Source: Macrostomum hystrix (taxonomy: Eukaryota; Animalia; Platyhelminthes). From it: a DNA stretch of 64,000 nucleotides. Shown one piece after another: positions 56,315 through 64,000 of the stretch. The stretch covers positions 2,480,001 through 2,544,000 of the forward strand of contig CATNEN010000032.1 of assembly GCA_950097015.1 (NCBI GenBank), written 5' to 3'. The notes below the pieces were generated by a model. That model did not search any database and had not been told where the DNA came from. It saw nothing but the letters and a program-made list of their open reading frames with translations. Position 1 is the first letter of the stretch. Each line of letters starts with the position of its first letter. A program made the translations under genes and the position numbers.

Positions 56315-59250
56315 ACTGATGGAGTGACTGAATGAGGACTGATGGAGTGACTGAATTAGAACTGATGAAGTGACTGAATGAGGACTGATGGAGTGACTGA
56401 ATGAGAACTGATGGAGTGACTGAATGAGGGCTGATGGAGTGACTGAATGAGAACTGATGGAGTGACTGAATGAGGGCTGATGGAGTGACTGAATGAGAAC
56501 TGATGGAGTGACTGAATGAGGACTTAGAATGAGGATTGAGTGAGGACTGATGGAGTGACTGAATGAGAACTGATGGAGTGACTGAATGAGAACTGATGGA
56601 GTGACTGAATGAGGACTGATGGAGTGACTGAATGAGGACTGATGGAGTGACTGAATGAGAACTGATGGAGTGACTGAATGAGGACTGATGGAGTGACTGA
56701 ATGAGGACTGATGGAGTGACTGAATGAGAACTGATGGAGTGACTGAATGAGGACTGATGGAGTGACTGAATGAGGACTGATGGAGTGACTGAATGAGAAC
56801 TGATGGAGTGACTGAATGAGAACTGATGGAGTGACTGAATTAGAACTGATGGAGTGACTGAATTAGAACTGATGGAGTGACTGAATGAGAACTGATGGAG
56901 TGACTGAATTAGAACTGATGGAGTGACTGAATGAGAACTGATGGAGTGACTGAATTAGAACTGATGGAGTGACTGAATGAGACCTGATGGAGTGACTGAA
57001 TGAGGGACTGATGGAGTGACTGAATGAGAACTGATGGAGTGACTGAATGAGGACTGATGGAGTGACTGAATGAGGACTGATGGAGTGACTGAATGAGGAC
57101 TGATGGAGTGACTGAATTAGAACTGATGGAGTGACTGAATGAGAACTGATGGAGTGACTGAATGAGGACTGATGGAGTGACTGAATGAGAACTGATGGAG
57201 TGACTGAATGAGGACTGATGGAGTGACTGAATGAGAACTGATGGAGTGACTGAATGAGGGCTGATGGAGTGACTGAATGAGAACTGATGGAGTGACTGAA
57301 TGAGGACTGATGGAGTGACTGAATGAGAACTGATGGAGTGACTGAATGAGAACTGATGGAGTGACTGAATGAGGACTGATGGAGTGACTGAATGAGAACT
57401 GATGGAGTGACTGAATGAGGACTGATGGAGTGACTGAATGAGAACTGATGGAGTGACTGAATGAGAACTGATGGAGTGACTGAATGAGAACTGATGGAGT
57501 GACTGAATGAGAACTGATGGAGTGACTGAATGAGAACTGATGGAGTGACTGAATTAGAACTGATGGAGTGACTGAATTAGAACTGATGGAGTGACTGAAT
57601 GAGGACTGATGGAGTGACTGAATGAGAACTGATGGAGTGACTGAATGAGGACTGATGGAGTGACTGAATGAGAACTGATGGAGTGACTGAATGAGAACTG
57701 ATGGAGTGACTGAATGAGAACTGATGGAGTGACTGAATGAGAACTGATGGAGTGACTGAATTAGAACTGATGGAGTGACTGAATGAGAACTGATGGAGTG
57801 ACTGAATGAGAACTGATGGAGTGACTGAATGAGAACTGATGGAGTGACTGAATGAGAACTGATGGAGTGACTGAATGAGAACTGATGGAGTGACTGAATG
57901 AGAACTGATGGAGTGACTGAATGAGGACTGATGGAGTGACTGAATGAGAACTGATGGAGTGACTGAATGAGGAACTGATGGAGTGACTGAATGAGAACTG
58001 ATGGAGTGACTGAATGAGGGACTGATGGAGTGACTGAATGAGAACTGATGGAGTGACTGAATGAGGGACTGATGGAGTGACTGAATGAGAACTGATGGAG
58101 TGACTGAATGAGAACTGATGGAGTGACTGAATGAGAACTGATGGAGTGACTGAATGAGGACTGATGGAGTGACTGAATGAGAACTGATGGAGTGACTGAA
58201 TGAGGACTGATGGAGTGACTGAATGAGAACTGATGGAGTGACTGAATGAGAACTGATGGAGTGACTGAATTAGAACTGATGGAGTGACTGAATGAGAACT
58301 GATGGAGTGACTGAATGAGAACTGATGGAGTGACTGAATGAGAACTGATGGAGTGACTGAATGAGAACTGATGGAGTGACTGAATGAGGACTGATGGAGT
58401 GACTGAATGAGAACTGATGGAGTGACTGAATGAGGACTGATGGAGTGACTGAATGAGGACTGATGGAGTGACTGAATGAGGAACTGATGGAGTGACTGAA
58501 TGAGAACTGATGGAGTGACTGAATGAGAACTGATGGAGTGACTGAATGAGAACTGATGGAGTGACTGAATGAGAACTGATGGAGTGACTGAATGAGAACT
58601 GATGGAGTGACTGAATGAGGACTGATGGAGTGACTGAATGAGACTGATGGAGTGACTGAATGAGAACTGATGGAGTGACTGAATGAGGACTGATGGAGTG
58701 ACTGAATGAGGACTGATGGAGTGACTGAATGAGGACTGATGGAGTGACTGAATGAGAACTGATGGAGTGACTGAATGAGAACTGATGGAGTGACTGAATG
58801 AGAACTGATGGAGTGACTGAATGAGAACTGATGGAGTGACTGAATGAGAACTGATGGAGTGACTGAATGAGAACTGATGGAGTGACTGAATGAGAACTGA
58901 TGGAGTGACTGAATGAGAACTGATGGAGTGACTGAATTAGAACTGATGGAGTGACTGAATGAGGACTGATGGAGTGACTGAATGAGGACTGATGGAGTGA
59001 CTGAATGAGAACTGATGGAGTGACTGAATTAGAACTGATGGAGTGACTGAATGAGGACTGATGGAGTGACTGAATGAGGACTGATGGAGTGACTGAATGA
59101 GGACTGATGGAGTGACTGAATGAGAACTGATGAAGTGACTGAATGAGAACTGATGGAGTGACTGAATGAGGACTGATGGAGTGACTGAATTAGAACTGAT
59201 GGAGTGACTGAATGAGGACTTAGAATGAGGATTGAGTGAGGACTGGGTGA
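56315..59250. repeat. 23-bp satellite (ACTGATGGAGTGACTGAATGAG[A/G])
   Basis: About 127 monomers with a 23-aa periodic translation. Confidence 0.98.
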
Positions 59251-59494
59251 GTGACAGTCGTATAAGAAGCAGTGTACTCATTGAAAACCCCAAATACATT
59301 TGTATTGCACTGTTGCTTCAAATATTCAGCTGCCTATGTTGCTTCTGTCTGCTTCAAGTGGAGAACAAATCGCTTTAAAAAATCGATTGAAGAGTTCTCT
59401 AAGAAATAAAAAACAATGAAGCCAGTTCTTCAAGCCGGTTGCTAAAAAAGCACTAACATTTAATCCCTGATTATTATCCTAGCACTTCGGAAAT

Positions 59495-61945
59495 TATAGA
59501 TCCCAGAATCAATCCCATCGATTCTTCTACATGACAGATCAATCCCATCGATTCTAGATCTCAGATCAATCCCATCGATTCTAGATCTCAGATCAATCCC
59601 ATCGATTCTAGATCTCAGATCAATCCCATCAGTACTTTAAGATCTCAGATCAATCCCATCAGTAATACTGGATCCCAGATCAATCCCATCGATTCTTCTA
59701 AATGACAGATCCATCCCATCGATTCTACATCCCAGATCAATCCCAACAATTCTAGATCCCAGATCAATCCATACAATTCTAGATCCAAGATCAACCCATA
59801 CAATTCTAGATCCCAAATCTATCCATACAATTCTAGATCCCAGATCAATCCCAACAATTCTAGATCCCAGATCAATCCCATCAGTACTTCTAGATCACAT
59901 TTCAATCCATACAATTCTAGATCACAGATCAATCCCATCAGTAATACTGGATCCTAGATCAATCCCATCGATTCTTCTACATGACAGATCCATCCCATCG
60001 ATTCTACATCCCAGATCAATCCCATCAGCATTTCTAGATCCCAGATCAATCCCATCAGTAATACTGGATCCCAGATCAATCCCACCAGTAATACTGGATC
60101 CCAGATCAATCCCATCAGTAATACTGGATCCCAGATCCATCCCATCGATTCTACATTCCAGATCAATCCCAACAATTATAGATCCCAGATCAATCCATAC
60201 AATTCTAGATCCCAGATCAATCCATACAATTCTAGATCCCAGATCAATCCATACAATTCTAGATCCCAGATCAACCCATACAATTCCAGATCCCAGATCA
60301 ATCCATACAATTCTAGATCCCAGATCAATCCATACAATTTTAGATCCCAGATCAATCCCAACAATTCTAGATCCCAGATCAATCCCATCAGTACTTCTAG
60401 ATCACATTTCAATCCATACAATTCTAGATCACAGATCAATCCCATCAGTAATACTGGATCCCAGATCAATCCCATCGATTCTTCTACATGACAGATCCAT
60501 CCCATCGATTCTACATCCCAGATCAATCCCATCAGTAATACTGGATCCCAGATTAATCCCATCAGTAATACTGGATCCCAGATCAATCCCATCAGTAATA
60601 CTGGATCCCAGATCAATCCCAACAATTATAGATCCCAGATCAATCCATACAATTCTAGATCCCAGATCAATCCATACAATTCTAGATCCCAGATCAATCC
60701 ATACAATTATAGATCCCAGATCAATCCATACAATTCTAGATCCCAGATCAATCCCAACAATTCTAGATCCCAGATCAATCCCAACAATTCTAGATCCCAG
60801 ATCAATCCATACAATTCTAGATCCCAGATCAATCCCAACAATTCTAGATCCCAGATCAATCCCAACAATTCTAGATCCCAGATCAATCCCAACAATTCTA
60901 GATCCCAGATCAATCCATACAATTCTAGATCCCAGATCAATCCCAACAATTATAGATCCCAGATCAATCCATACAATTCTAGATCCCAGATCAATCCATA
61001 CAATTCTAGATCCCAGATCAATCCATACAATTCTAGATCCCAGATCAATCCATACAATTCTAGATCCCAGATCAATCCCAACAATTCTAGATCCCAGATC
61101 AATCCCAACAATTCTAGATCCCAGATCAATCCCAACAATTCTAGATCCCAGATCAATCCCATCAGTACTTCTAGATCACATTTCAATCCATACAATTCTA
61201 GATCACAGATCAATCCCATCAGTAATACTGGATCCCAGATCAATCCCACCAGTAATACTGGATCCCAGATCAATCCCATCAGTAATACTGGATCCCAGAT
61301 CAATCTCATCAGTAATACTGGATCCCAGATCAATCTCATCAGTAATACTGGATCCCAGATCAATCCCATCGGTAATACTGGATCCCAGATCAATCCCATC
61401 AGTAATACTGGATCCCAGATCAATCCCATCGGTAATACTGGATCCCAGATCAATCCCATCAGTAATACTGGATCCCAGATCCATCCCATCGATTCTACAT
61501 TCCAGATCAATCCCAACAATTATAGATCCCAGATCAATCCATACAATTCTAGATCCCAGATCAATCCATACAATTCTAGATCCCAGATCAATCCATACAA
61601 TTCTAGATCACAGATCAATCCATACAATTCTAGATCCCAGATCAATCCATACAATTCTAGATCACAGATCAATCCATACAATTCTAGATCCCAGATCAAT
61701 CCCATCAGTACTTCTAGATCCCAGATCAATCCATACAATTCTAGATCCCAGATCAATCCCATCAGTACTTTTAGATCCCAGATCAATCCCATCAGTACTT
61801 CTAGATCCCAGATCAATCCCATCAGTACTTCTAGATCCCAGATCAATCTCATCAGTACTTTTAGATCCCAGATCAATCCCATCAGTACTTCTAGATCCCA
61901 GATCAATCCATACAATTCTAGATCCCAGATCAATCTAAAAAATTC
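59495..61945. repeat. 27/30-bp compound satellite (AGATCCCAGATCAATCCATACAATTCT / GGATCCCAGATCAATCCCATCAGTAATACT)
   Basis: Interleaved monomer types in recurring blocks. Confidence 0.96.
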
Positions 61946-62799
61946 TAGATCCCAGATCGGTGCTGTCAAGTCTAGTTTAAATCCTAAGTCTGTCTGGGAT
62001 CTCACAAAATAATATCCCAATCGCGCCCTCACACAAGCAGAGGCGGATGCCAGCGCGAGTGTCACCTTTGTCTGCTTGCCTCAACACGCCAGCAACTGGA
62101 CATTGCGTGCCACTGCAGACAGACAGACAGACTTTCAGACAGAATATCCGCACCGAACCAGTCCTGTCTTTCCTGTCGACTCGTCTTCTCGAGTGTAATG
62201 AGATCAAGGCACCCGAAATGTCACCATTAGTTATAGTTATATGCTAGCCCAAAATTAACAACTTACTTTACAGTGCAACATGTAATGCGAGACCTAGGAG
62301 TGGCCTTAGGAAAATCCAGGGACTCACTTGAGTAGCATCACCAACCAGACCGGGGGGGGAGGTCCATCGAATTCACGCGACACGCAAGACTGTCTTCTCT
62401 CTGATCGAAATAAAGAAACTCGTACCTAACTATACACCTGTCTAACTAGGGTGGATCACCATGCACAGACACTTGTTTTCTGCTGTTCGCGAGTAATATG
62501 GAATTGGTATCAATACCTCTCGAATAAGATAGCAATATTGTTGTGGGACTCGTCCACTTAAGGTCAACTGGATAGCGAAATGCATTTTTTCTGCTCAACG
62601 ACTTCCTGAGCTAATCTGCCCTTGTGTCGACCTTAAAAGCAGTTTTTTTCAGCGATATTCTACATTGATATTGCAACGAGTTTTTTTAAACTTACTTCCT
62701 TTTCGAGATCAAAATTTTACTGAGGTTCCAACTAGCCTAAATCCCGTTTCGTTGACCTAAATCAATTAGTGTTCTAGATCCCGAACTCGATATCGAATT

Positions 62800-63570
62800 T
62801 TCAGTTTAAGATCCCGAATCCCATTTTTAGATCCCAGTTTCAGATACCGTATCCCAGTTTGAAATCACAAGTACCCATTTTTAGATCCCAAATCGCAATT
62901 TTAGATACTGAATCCCATTCTTAGATCCCTAATCCCCATTTGTAGATCCCAAATCGCAATTTTAGATACTGAATCCCATTTTTAGATCCCGAATCCCATT
63001 TTTAGATCACTACTCTCCATTTTTAGATCCCGAATACCATTTGCAGATCCCTAATCTCCATTTTTAGATCCCGAATCCCATTTGTAGATCCCAAATCGCA
63101 ATTTTAGATACTGAATCCCATTTTTAGATCCCGAATCCCATTTTTAGATCCCTAATCCCCATTTGTAGATCCCAAATCGCAATTTTAGATACTGAATCCC
63201 ATTTTTAGATCCCGAATCCCATTTTTAGATCACTAATCTCCATTTTTAGATCCCGAATACCATTTGCAGATCCCTAATCTCCATTTTTAGATCCCGAATC
63301 CCATTTGTAGATCCCGAATCCCATTTGTAGATCCCGAATACCATTTGCAGATCCCTAATCTCCATTTTTATATCCCGAAACCCATTTTTTAAATAAAAAA
63401 TCCGATTTGTAGATTACGAATCTTATTTGTAGATCCTAAATCCCATTTGTAGATCCCGAATCCCTTTTGTAGATCCCGAATCCCATTTGTAGATCCCGAA
63501 TCCCATTTGTAGATCCCGAATCCCATTTGTAGATCCCGAATCCCATTTGTAGATCCCGAATCCCAGATCA
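62800..63570. repeat. 20-bp satellite (AGATCCCGAATCCCATTTGT-type)
   Basis: Tandem array with a degenerate left flank; shares the AGATCCC core with the preceding array. Confidence 0.93.
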
Positions 63571-63694
63571 AAATCACGAATCCCTAGTTTTGGATCCCCA
63601 AGTCTCAAGTTCCATAACTTTACTTTGCGTGAGAACCGAGAAAACACGAGGTGACTAAAGCCTCGAGTGAGCGACTTAATATTTGGTGATGTAC

Positions 63695-63860
63695 AGAGAG
63701 TGTACACCAGAGAGTGTACACCAGAGAGTGTACACCAGAGAGTGTACACCAGAGAGTGTACACCAGAGAGTGTACACCAGAGAGTGTACACCAGAGAGTG
63801 TACACCAGAGAGTGTACACCAGAGAGTGTACACCAGAGAGTGTACACCAGAGAGTGTACA
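63695..63860. repeat. 14-bp perfect repeat (AGAGTGTACACCAG) with GTGTACAC palindrome
   Basis: About 12 identical copies. Confidence 0.95.
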
Positions 63861-64000
63861 TCGCATTGCACAATTTACGAAGCTAACTTACGACGCGATG
63901 CGATAGTCAATCACCTTACACCTTACACCACAAGTTCCTATTAATGTTCCCCAGTGAAATCACACTTTTCTATGAAACGTTATTGTTTTGAAAATAAATG

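Noticed and set aside
59922-62065. LIWDLEL / DLGSSITDGI repeat ORFs resembling pentapeptide or LRR proteins
   Set aside because: 27/30-bp satellite with frames broken repeatedly by stops and indels.

Overview
Eukaryotic (metazoan) genomic DNA. Roughly 40% of the window is minisatellite/satellite arrays, and most long ORFs in the track are translations of these non-coding arrays. The short introns, many minisatellites, tightly packed co-oriented genes and Ala/Ser-rich GC-rich exons suggest a flatworm such as Macrostomum; this is an inference, not a database result. Positions 1.6-21.3 kb hold seven genes, all on the minus strand, which I reconstructed exon by exon. In transcription order they are a universal stress protein, a DMAC1/DUF4536-like microprotein, RBM28/Nop4-like (RRM3-4 only), an atypical small bZIP, LARP7, a rhodanese-domain protein and PUS7 (TruD family; its 3' half is not in the window). 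Main observation: RBM28, LARP7, the rhodanese and PUS7 have no usable in-frame ATG. Each starts exactly in phase 0 at a 3' splice acceptor with no convincing upstream donor exon, which is what is expected if an AUG-terminated flatworm spliced leader supplies the initiator Met in an operon-like cluster rich in RNA-processing genes. A four-exon Pim-family kinase lies at 44.4-49.0 kb in a satellite-poor domain. The remainder is MITEs/foldbacks, a THAP/P-element remnant, a tRNA-derived SINE-like element and about 25 tandem arrays.
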